A DNA stretch of 64,000 nt from Bdellovibrionota bacterium. Lineage in GTDB: Bacteria; Bdellovibrionota_C; UBA2361; CAKMMH01. The DNA lies in NCBI GenBank assembly GCA_050952645.1, contig JBMNLI010000003.1, forward strand, positions 310-64,309, given 5' to 3'. Under the pieces are notes generated by a model. The model was not told where the DNA came from and did not search any database. It saw only the letters and a program-made list of their open reading frames with translations. Positions 31,281 to 39,776 of the stretch are shown piece after piece (the first letter of the stretch is position 1; the number at the start of each line of letters is the position of its first letter). Position numbers and translations under genes: made by a program.

Positions 31281-31316
31281 CTATAATTAAAGTTCTCTTA
31301 AGAACTTTAATTATAG
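31281..31316. promoter_or_regulatory. Perfect 16-bp inverted repeat abutting the RBS of the 77-aa gene
   Basis: CTATAATTAAAGTTCT-ctta-AGAACTTTAATTATAG. Confidence 0.6.
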
Positions 31317-31516
31317 ATTATCATATATAAATAATTTACAAAATAAGAAAAGATTCTAGGCGTTTTTAAAAATATTTAAAAAAAATATTCTAAAAAATTT
31401 TAAAAAAATGAAATTTTTAAAAATTTTATTCGACTACTTTATTAGTGTTTTAGTATATTAGCGTCTTATGTATTTTAGCATTTTAGTATTTAGTAGCTTT
31501 TTTTAAATAAAAAATT

Positions 31517-32104
31517 ATGGAATTACATTTAAAACTTAATAAAATTAGTAAAAACGATATCGACCAGGAGATTTTTGAAAACAATCTTTTTTTAGCTTTA
31601 AGATTAAAGAATGAAATATTAAATAAGAGAAGAAAGTTTGCATCATCTTTAAAAAAGATAAAAGACATTCACATTAAGAAGAGTAAAAAAGATGCTTATA
31701 AAGAAGCAAAGGCTGAAATTTTAAGTGAATTTTTTAAAGCCAACGATTTTTATCATCAAAGTGTGTTAAATGCTAATAAAGACTGCCTAGATGTTTCTTT
31801 AAAAATTGCAAAAGAAATTATCGAAAAGGAGCTTTCAGACGATTTAAGTATATTAGTAAATAAGATAAACGCATCTTTAAAAGCATTAAACGATGCTGAA
31901 AATTATAAGGTAAAGTGCAACACGAGTATCGCAAAAAAGATGATGAAAGAGAATATCGGCGTGCATACTATTATAGATGATTCTCTTAAGGACAGCGAAG
32001 CAATATTGATATCGAGCGCTGGAAGCATTCAAATAGATATTGAAGATGAGTTTAATTTTTTAAAATCTAAATTAAAGGAAGAGCTACGAACTATATGTTT
32101 ATAA
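31517..32104 (+). CDS. FliH/SctL-like export ATPase stator
   Basis: Coiled coil, then LDVSLKIAKEIIEKEL and DDSLKDSEAILISSAGSIQIDIE; overlaps the ATPase gene. Confidence 0.7.
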   Translation: MELHLKLNKISKNDIDQEIFENNLFLALRLKNEILNKRRKFASSLKKIKDIHIKKSKKDAYKEAKAEILSEFFKANDFYHQSVLNANKDCLDVSLKIAKEIIEKELSDDLSILVNKINASLKALNDAENYKVKCNTSIAKKMMKENIGVHTIIDDSLKDSEAILISSAGSIQIDIEDEFNFLKSKLKEELRTICL

Positions 32105-33399
32105 ACAAATTAACTATATCAAATAGCGACTATTTACCACCAATAATAGGGCGTATAAAATCTATTTCAGGAAATATCATCTCTGCCTATTTGCCATCAT
32201 CTTGCGTAGGTGATGTTTGTTATATAAAAAACTTACAAAAAGAGGATATTATGGCAAAGGTTGTTTCATTTGATGAGGATTTAGTAAAATTATCTATTTT
32301 TGAAAATGATAAATTTATCTCTCCACATTCAACAATAAAAAACACTAGAAGAAAATTAACCATTCCATTTAGTGGAGAGGAAGGGAATCTTATTATCGAT
32401 GCGATAGGAAATAATTTAAGGGGAGAGACTAAGAAAAATCATAGTCTTACATTAGAGGCAGCTTCCCCGGAGGCATTAAAAAGAAAGACTATAAACAAAA
32501 TTATGAAAACTGGTATAAGTGCCATAGATGGGATATGTTCCATAGGAAAAGGGCAACGTGTCGGGCTTTTTGCTCCTCCTGGGGTTGGTAAATCGACGCT
32601 TTTAGGCATGATATGTAGAAACTCTAATGCTGATATAAATGTAGTAGCACTAGTTGGGGAGAGAGGAAGGGAGGTAAACGATTTTTTATTAAATACTTTA
32701 AAAGATGATGGTTTAAAAAATACTATATTAGTAATAAGCACTAGCGATGAAAACTCTATGCTTAGAGCTACCGCCCCTCTTACTGCTACTGCCATTGCAG
32801 AATATTTTAGATCTCAAGGCAAGGATGTTCTTTTAATGATAGACTCTCTTACTAGGTATGCTAGAGCAACAAGAGAGATAGGTTTATCTGCAGGCGAAAT
32901 GCCAATTAGGCAAGGCTATCCGCCTTCTCTTTATATCGATTTAGCAAAGCTTGTTGAAAGAGCTGGAACGTCCGATAAGGGTTCAATTACTGGCATTTAC
33001 ACAGTGCTTGAAAATGATGAGAAAGATATCGACCCTCTTTCTGAAGAGGTTAAAAGCTTACTAGATGGACATATAGTTTTACAAAAGCAGATTGCCGATA
33101 TGGGGATAAGACCTAGTATTTCCATTCTCGACTCGACTTCTAGGCTTATCGATAAAATTCATTCTTCTGAGTACTTAAAAACTATTCAAGTTATTAGAAA
33201 AGTTATAAAAATTCTTCAAAAGGAAAAAGATCTTTTGCTTTTAGGAGCGACACCATCAAAGGAGCTTAAAGTTGCTTTAAGATTAGAGTGCAGGCTAAAC
33301 GACATCCTAAACCAGCAAATAGATGAAAAACGAAACTTTGATGCCACATTAAATGAGTTTTCTAGCATCGCTCGTGAGTTTCTAAGTGAGTTAGGGTAA
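32095..33399 (+). CDS. fliI: FliI/SctN family export ATPase
   Basis: GKGQRVGLFAPPGVGKSTLL, LVGERGREV, IDSLTRYARA, GYPPS, LDGHIVL. Flagellar versus injectisome assignment is not certain. Confidence 0.85.
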   Translation: MFINKLTISNSDYLPPIIGRIKSISGNIISAYLPSSCVGDVCYIKNLQKEDIMAKVVSFDEDLVKLSIFENDKFISPHSTIKNTRRKLTIPFSGEEGNLIIDAIGNNLRGETKKNHSLTLEAASPEALKRKTINKIMKTGISAIDGICSIGKGQRVGLFAPPGVGKSTLLGMICRNSNADINVVALVGERGREVNDFLLNTLKDDGLKNTILVISTSDENSMLRATAPLTATAIAEYFRSQGKDVLLMIDSLTRYARATREIGLSAGEMPIRQGYPPSLYIDLAKLVERAGTSDKGSITGIYTVLENDEKDIDPLSEEVKSLLDGHIVLQKQIADMGIRPSISILDSTSRLIDKIHSSEYLKTIQVIRKVIKILQKEKDLLLLGATPSKELKVALRLECRLNDILNQQIDEKRNFDATLNEFSSIAREFLSELG

Positions 33400-33600
33400 A
33401 GTATAGAAATTTAAGATTTTATGTTTTTTAAAAAATTTATTTGACTAAATATTAATAAAACGCATACTATAAATCTTAAGTGACCTTGATATTCGCGTAA
33501 AATATCAAAATAGAGAATCACTTAAGAGACTTAAGCTTAAAGTTAATAGGCAAGTCTCTTAAAAAATAACAACACTTTGCTAGTACGAAAGGGCAAAGAG

Positions 33601-34851
33601 ATGATTAAGGCTTTTTTATCGGTTCCAACTAATGCCTATAACACAATAGCAGGTGCAATTGATGGAATAAGATTTAATAGTATCTATTATTATAATGATG
33701 GCATCACCACTAAGAGGGTAACATTATATTCAGGAAATAAGAGCGAAGAAGGTGAACAATTAATTAATATGCTTGAGTGCGTTAGGTTTTATATATCAGT
33801 ACAAGAAGAAAATTTATCTTATAGGGAAGATGGAGATGAATTTTCTGTAACTGTTAATGATGTTATAATGAACTATAACAAGGAAAACTTTGCAAAAATT
33901 TACGATATCATAAATGAAGAAGAAAAGCTTTGCAGGAATAAAAAACCTTTTGTAATAATTAGTTTTCTACTTGAATCTTGTGGAATTGATGAAGTTTGCA
34001 TTGATAATCAAGGGTTTCAAGTGATTATAAAAAAAGAAGAAAATGGTACGTCTTCTACAAATTTCTTATACGACGGTATGTTTATAATTCCTGTTGACGA
34101 TACGATATTTCGTCTTCTTGATGTGAATATTTATGCGAAAAATAGTAGATATATACATGCAACTCCTTCTGCCCCAATCGATGGCAACGTTACTGTAAGA
34201 GATATGGGAGTTAGGTTTGCTAGCTATTTGCCTAATGAACTCAATGCTCCTAAGCAGGAAGACGGCTTACTTCATATCAAAAGTTTAAAAGATGCTATTG
34301 ATAAAATATGCCTTGGTACAGAACGTTATAAGTTATCTAATTTGGTGAAATACCCGATTATCATAGAAGATAATGGTTATTTTTACCACGATGGCGAAGC
34401 GTATCCTCTGACATGTGCAGATGCTGGGTTCATTCATAATAAAGATCTGGGCCTTGTTTATTATCTAACACAAGAAGAATTAGAAGCTAAATTTAATGTG
34501 GAGTATAAAGGAGGGTCTGCTTTTCCTTTTACCTGGAGCGAGTCTGCTATGTTTTTTCCAATTACCGGAGAGATAAAGGCTCAATATCCTTCAGGTGTAG
34601 TAGTTTACAACCCTTACGACGGCTACGTGCGTAGCTTTGGTATGGACGATGTCGGCTACGTCGGTGTTATAGGAACAGAAAATTGCTTTTTCTGCTCTTC
34701 TAAATATTATCAGGATCATATTGATGAAACCTTAGAAGAACCAAAAGAAAGAGAAAATACACTCCCTCGGGCTGTATTGTCATTCATAAAGCTAAGGCGA
34801 ACACTTCCTTACTCTTTGCAACCTTCAGGCATTGGATACACTCGAACTTAA
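33601..34851 (+). CDS. Orphan hypothetical protein
   Basis: Long ORF; ATG 33601 follows GAAAGGGC; TTGACT-18-TACTAT at 33441-33470; no recognised family motif. Confidence 0.75.
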   Translation: MIKAFLSVPTNAYNTIAGAIDGIRFNSIYYYNDGITTKRVTLYSGNKSEEGEQLINMLECVRFYISVQEENLSYREDGDEFSVTVNDVIMNYNKENFAKIYDIINEEEKLCRNKKPFVIISFLLESCGIDEVCIDNQGFQVIIKKEENGTSSTNFLYDGMFIIPVDDTIFRLLDVNIYAKNSRYIHATPSAPIDGNVTVRDMGVRFASYLPNELNAPKQEDGLLHIKSLKDAIDKICLGTERYKLSNLVKYPIIIEDNGYFYHDGEAYPLTCADAGFIHNKDLGLVYYLTQEELEAKFNVEYKGGSAFPFTWSESAMFFPITGEIKAQYPSGVVVYNPYDGYVRSFGMDDVGYVGVIGTENCFFCSSKYYQDHIDETLEEPKERENTLPRAVLSFIKLRRTLPYSLQPSGIGYTRT

Positions 34852-34869
34852 AGTGAACCCTTTTAAAGC

Positions 34870-34932
34870 GACCTTGAAAGTGAATGTGTTTTCTTAAATT
34901 TTAAGAACCCTAACCCTTTCGCTTTCAAGGTC
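34870..34932 (+). terminator. Long stem-loop downstream of the orphan gene
   Basis: GACCTTGAAAGTGAA ... TTCGCTTTCAAGGTC (15 bp, one G-U) enclosing a ttcttaaa/tttaagaa inner stem. Confidence 0.55.
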
Positions 34933-35212
34933 TATCATCTTTTAGAGGTATGCCCGCTTAGTAGTAAAGAGTTTTACAAAAAAGGTTTTAAAACGCATAA
35001 ACTTTCAAGGTCACTTTCTTTAATTTTTTTTAGTAATTTTAATTCTTTTACATTTCTAAAATAGGCTTAGCTCTCAAAATTAACATCGCTTATTTTAACA
35101 ATTTATGTAAGTGTTTCCTAACTTTTCTTTAAATTATTTTGAGTATGTTATAAAGTTAAAATTAAATTTTATACGTAAAACAAGGAAAAGTTTAGGCTAA
35201 AAAAAAACAAAC

Positions 35213-35767
35213 TTACGCTCTACTTACATACTCCTTAGTATCGGTATTAACTATAATCTTCTCCCCCTCCTTTATAAAAGGCGGAATACTTATACTTAAA
35301 CCAGTATCCGTAATAGCTGGCTTATATACGTTTGTAGCAGTAGCACCTTTAATTTCAGGTTGAGTTTCCACAACGGTTAAAACTACACTCGATGGAACTT
35401 TAACGGCTATAGGTTTATTTTCATAAGTAGTGATATCAACTTCCATCTCGTCTTGCAAGTAATAAACGGCATCTCCTAAAGTTTCATCATCTAAATGAAC
35501 TTGCTCGTAAGTTTCTTTATTCATAAAACAATACCCATCTTGGTCTTTATACAAGTATGTAGCCTTATACGAAAAAACATTCGCCTCTTCAACATCTTCT
35601 GAAGATGCAAAAGATACCTCAGTTTGATTTCCTAACAGTAAATTTCTTAATTTCACTTTAACTAACGCCCTACCCTTTCCTGGGGTAATATGCGTAAACT
35701 CCATAACTCTATATGGAGCACCTTGATATATTATAACAGTCCCTTTTCTTATAGCAGTCGCTTTCAT
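35213..35767 (-). CDS. efp: Elongation factor P
   Basis: HITPGKGRA, FMNKETYEQ, KPAITDTG, PPFIKEGE, EYVSRA. Confidence 0.97.
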   Translation of the reverse strand: MKATAIRKGTVIIYQGAPYRVMEFTHITPGKGRALVKVKLRNLLLGNQTEVSFASSEDVEEANVFSYKATYLYKDQDGYCFMNKETYEQVHLDDETLGDAVYYLQDEMEVDITTYENKPIAVKVPSSVVLTVVETQPEIKGATATNVYKPAITDTGLSISIPPFIKEGEKIIVNTDTKEYVSRA

Positions 35768-36000
35768 TATACTTAATCTCCAAATTAATAGTGTTTATAT
35801 TTTTAAAATATTCGTTACATTTTACCACACAAAAAAATTATTTAAAACAAAATTAAAAAATACAAATCACGGATACAAATCACGAATGTAAATTACAAAA
35901 TATAAATTTTTTGCTCTTTACATCTTAAAACCAAACTTTAAAATAAGTTAGGAAAATTGCAAGATAATAAAAAATACTAAATAAAAAAATATTAGATAAA

Positions 36001-36107
36001 AAAAGGGGCGCGCTCCCTTTCTTTATTAAAACTCACTTATTTAAACTCACTTATTAAAGTCTATCTTAAGTAAAGATAAAATAAAGATAAAAGAAGCACG
36101 CCCCTTT
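36001..36107 (-). terminator. Long-loop GC-rich hairpin terminating the H1-like gene
   Basis: aaaggggcgcgctccctttctttatt pairs imperfectly with aataaagataaaagaagcacgccccttt; followed by a U-run on the minus strand. Confidence 0.6.
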
Positions 36108-36145
36108 AATAAAAAATCTCAAAAATTATTCTTCAAAATAATAAA

Positions 36146-36661
36146 TTATTTCTTAGCACATTTTTTAGCAGCTGCACTTATTCTTTTTGCACCACAAGAA
36201 GAGGCTTTTTTAGCTACAACTTTTTTAGCTGGTGCAGCCTTTTTAGCTACAACTTTTTTAGCAGTAGTTGCTTTAGTAGTAGTAGCTTTTTTTGCTACAG
36301 TTTTCTTAGCGCAAGCTTTTTTAGGAGCTGCCTTTGTAGCAGTAGTTTTCTTAGCTACAGTTTTCTTAGCTATAGTTGCCTTTGCAGTAGTTGCTTTTTT
36401 TGCTACAGTTTTCTTAGCGCAAGCTTTTTTAGGAGCTGTCTTTGTAGCAGTAGTTTTCTTAGCCACTGGTTTTTTAGCTACTGGTTTTTTAGCTACTGTT
36501 TTTTTAGCAGTAGCTTTCGTAGCAGTAGTTTTCTTAGCTACAGTCTTCTTAGGAGCTGCTTTAGTAGCAGTAGCCTTTTTAGCTGTAGCAGTTGCCTTTT
36601 TAGCTACTGGTTTTTTAGCAGTAGCTTTCTTTGTTGTTGTTGTTTTCTTATCTGTTGCCAT
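36146..36661 (-). CDS. Histone H1-like Lys/Ala/Thr repeat protein
   Basis: Almost entirely [TPV][13 protein letters not shown] repeats; GGAG RBS. Confidence 0.9.
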   Translation of the reverse strand: MATDKKTTTTKKATAKKPVAKKATATAKKATATKAAPKKTVAKKTTATKATAKKTVAKKPVAKKPVAKKTTATKTAPKKACAKKTVAKKATTAKATIAKKTVAKKTTATKAAPKKACAKKTVAKKATTTKATTAKKVVAKKAAPAKKVVAKKASSCGAKRISAAAKKCAKK

Positions 36662-37261
36662 ATATATTATTTCTCCAAAATAATGTAATGTGAAAACCTA
36701 TTAACGATTTTCTTTCACCAATTTTGAAGTAACCCGTTTATCTCATTAATTAAAATTTCTTTAAAGTTACAAAGTTTTTTATATTTAAATTCGGTACTGC
36801 AAAAATCCTATATTAAAACGTGTAACACAATTTTTATTAATAATTATAAAAAAGGTTACGTAACCTCTTTTGCTAATAAGCTTGCCATTATTTTTTTTAA
36901 TTGACAAGAGATTATTTTTTAATTTGTGAAAAAAGTTTTTTTTAAAAAAACTTTCTTAAGCTCTCACTATTTTATTTGATGATAAATTTTTAAAATGGTT
37001 TCACTATGAGTATAGTTTCGGAATTTTAATAATACTTGAAAAAAAATATTTTCTTATTTCGCTAATAATAATTTTTAAAAATTATTTTTTAAAAAATAAA
37101 TGTAAAATTTAAAATTTTTAAAACAGATATACTCTATAAATAAAGGTATATTTCTAAATCGAAAAATAAAGAAAACTAAAGTTTAAAGATTTGTTATCTC
37201 GGTATAAAACTAACTTCAAAAGGAAAAATTCTAATTTTAAGAAATTCTATTTTTAAAAAGA

Positions 37262-39547
37262 CTAAATGCCATACTGCATTTTTCTCCAAGCCTCTTCTCT
37301 TCTTTCCTTGTCTGGGTCATCTATAATCTTATCTAATAGACATCTTCCTAGTCTAGCATTAATAACCTCAAGACTAGCATTCTTTGAGTCTGGAACTAAA
37401 GGATCCATAAAGTCTGGGTGATACCTAAGCATATGCTCTAAAACTGCTCGGTCGTGTTCCGACTTTGCTAAAATATTCCAAATATTTTTACCAATCCAAG
37501 CAAAATCGTTATGATTCCACTCGAGCATTTTCATTATAAATTGTGCAGCAGTTCCTAACTCCTCTGGAGCAGGTGGTCTTTCAAATTGGTAAGCTCCTAA
37601 ACTATCCCTCATTCTCTCAGCGATAGAAACTAAGTTGCTTACTAACTGTGGCATACATTCTTTAGAAAGCACACGTCTTTCAAGTGATGAGTCTAAATAG
37701 TGCATTCTTATAGGATGCATTCTTCTTAAAAGTGCTTGATCTATAACTCTATTAAAGTTCTTAGTAAAAATTATAAGTAAATTATCTAGGTCTGCATCTA
37801 TCGGAGGTCTAGACTCTAAGTAGATTCTCCCATCTTGAATAGGTCCTAAAAAGAATGTATCTATCGACCCTTCTACTTTATCTAGCTCATCTACTAAAAG
37901 TATAGTAGGCTGACTTTGGGACTTTAAAAAAGCTTTAGATAAAATTCCTAAGTTCATAAGTTTTTCTTTTGGAGTTTCGTCCATATCTGCTGCTCTTGTT
38001 GCCATTGCTATGGCAGATGGCACTTCGATTAAATGAGAAGTGTTCATGCCTGCATAACAGCTAGTACACATAAGCTCCGCCCCAGTGATTTTTGCTAAAC
38101 ATTTTGCAAAGAAACTTTTACCACAACCAGACGGTCCTTCCATAAGAATTGCCCTTACTTTTTCCGTTTTCGTATTTAATAAAAGTGAAACTTGCGCAGC
38201 TACAAAAGGGAGTGCTTGGTAGCCAACATCGGCAAGCCTTCTAGAAAGCTCCTCAGGTTCGCCCACATTAGTAAGACCAATTTTTTCTGGTTTATACGCC
38301 TTAGCTCTTTTTGCTTCATCTATATCTTCTACGATTCCTGAAAGCAAATCCTTACCAAGCCTAGCATAGATTTGCTTTATAGTCGCATTTCTATTATCAG
38401 GAACTAATGGGTCTTGAAAATCTGGGTGATACCTAAGCATAAGCTCAAATATTCGTCTATCGTGATCTGATTTTGCTAAAGTATAAAAAATATTTTCCCC
38501 AACGAATGAGAAATCTATAAGCTCCCAATCTATCATGCTAGTTATGTAGATTCCAGCTCTTAATAGTTCCTCTGGAGCAGGCGGTCTTTCAAATGGATAA
38601 GCTCCATTTTTATTTCTCATAATTTCCGCTATTTTAATTAAGTTCTCGACTAACTCTTGTCTGCAATGAACCGATAAAACTTTTCTTTCTAATGAGCAAT
38701 CCATAAAATCCATTCTTATCGGATGGATTCTTCTTAAGAGTGCATCATTTAATATTCTCTCAAAGTTCTTAGTAAAAATTATTAAAAGATTATCTACGTT
38801 AGCCTCGATTGGCGGACGAGACTGAAGCCAAATTTTAGCATCTTGAATAGGTCCTAAAAAGAATGTATCGATAGCGATATCTACCTTATCAAGTTCATCT
38901 ATAAGTAGTATTACAGGTTTTTCTTGAGACATTAAAAAAGCTCTAGAAATAATTCCAAGTTGCATTAACTCTTCATCGGAAACTTGCTCCTTTCGAGACA
39001 TTTGGTGAATCATAGCCATGGTAGATGGCTTTTCGATTAAATGATCTAAGTTCATTCCTTTAAAACAAGATAGACACATAAACTCGGCACCAGTTATTTT
39101 TGCTAGAGATTTTGCTAAGAAACTTTTTCCACACCCAGAAGGACCTTCTAACATTAAAGTTCTTACGCTAGGAGTTGGATTGTTTAAAACTAACGCTAGT
39201 TGTGCTGCATAAAATGGCATACAAAAATAGCCTACTTTTGCAAGTTCTATTTCTATCTCTTCTGGGGTTCCTAAATTTGTCAAACCTATTCTTCTTGGTT
39301 TGTATACATCTTTAAAATTCTTGTTTACAACTCCTAGTTCGGAGCCATCGGTTAGTTTTTCCTTAGTGCCTTGATTAGTATCTTCATAGAAAATATACTC
39401 TTTCCCGCTTTTGCTTTTAATTGGCATTACTTTTGAGATGTTATCTATATTATCTTTTATATTATCTTCTATATTATCTAAAGCATCTTTTATTTTAGAC
39501 ATCGATGGGTTAACCTTTTTTAAAAATCGTAGATAATCTATCGGCAA
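37262..39547 (-). CDS. Tandem-duplicated MoxR/CoxD-like AAA+ ATPase
   Basis: Two copies each of EGPSGCGKSF, LL[IV]DELDKV, ALLRR and FERPPAPEEL. Start uncertain (TTG 39547 or ATG 39502). Confidence 0.88.
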   Translation of the reverse strand: MPIDYLRFLKKVNPSMSKIKDALDNIEDNIKDNIDNISKVMPIKSKSGKEYIFYEDTNQGTKEKLTDGSELGVVNKNFKDVYKPRRIGLTNLGTPEEIEIELAKVGYFCMPFYAAQLALVLNNPTPSVRTLMLEGPSGCGKSFLAKSLAKITGAEFMCLSCFKGMNLDHLIEKPSTMAMIHQMSRKEQVSDEELMQLGIISRAFLMSQEKPVILLIDELDKVDIAIDTFFLGPIQDAKIWLQSRPPIEANVDNLLIIFTKNFERILNDALLRRIHPIRMDFMDCSLERKVLSVHCRQELVENLIKIAEIMRNKNGAYPFERPPAPEELLRAGIYITSMIDWELIDFSFVGENIFYTLAKSDHDRRIFELMLRYHPDFQDPLVPDNRNATIKQIYARLGKDLLSGIVEDIDEAKRAKAYKPEKIGLTNVGEPEELSRRLADVGYQALPFVAAQVSLLLNTKTEKVRAILMEGPSGCGKSFFAKCLAKITGAELMCTSCYAGMNTSHLIEVPSAIAMATRAADMDETPKEKLMNLGILSKAFLKSQSQPTILLVDELDKVEGSIDTFFLGPIQDGRIYLESRPPIDADLDNLLIIFTKNFNRVIDQALLRRMHPIRMHYLDSSLERRVLSKECMPQLVSNLVSIAERMRDSLGAYQFERPPAPEELGTAAQFIMKMLEWNHNDFAWIGKNIWNILAKSEHDRAVLEHMLRYHPDFMDPLVPDSKNASLEVINARLGRCLLDKIIDDPDKERREEAWRKMQYGI

Positions 39548-39776
39548 AATATATATCTTGCTTATCTTATCGAATGCTTCTAATAATAAGTAAAGTATTT
39601 TTAAATTTACGGCTTAAATATAATTTACCCTATTTAATTTCAAACATTTAATTTCAAACATTTAATTTCAAATAGCTTTTGATTTGCAAATATTACTTTC
39701 TAACTATTACAAAATATTATTAAATATCACATAATATAACATAAAGAAATTATTCAATATTACCGTTATTAGAATT

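Noticed and set aside
34866-35016. Integron attC site after the orphan gene
   Set aside because: No convincing RYYYAAC/GTTRRRY ends on the stem and no integrase in the window.
36146-36661. Repetitive DNA as a CRISPR array
   Set aside because: The repeats are codon-phased protein repeats with no unique spacers, and there are no cas genes in the window.
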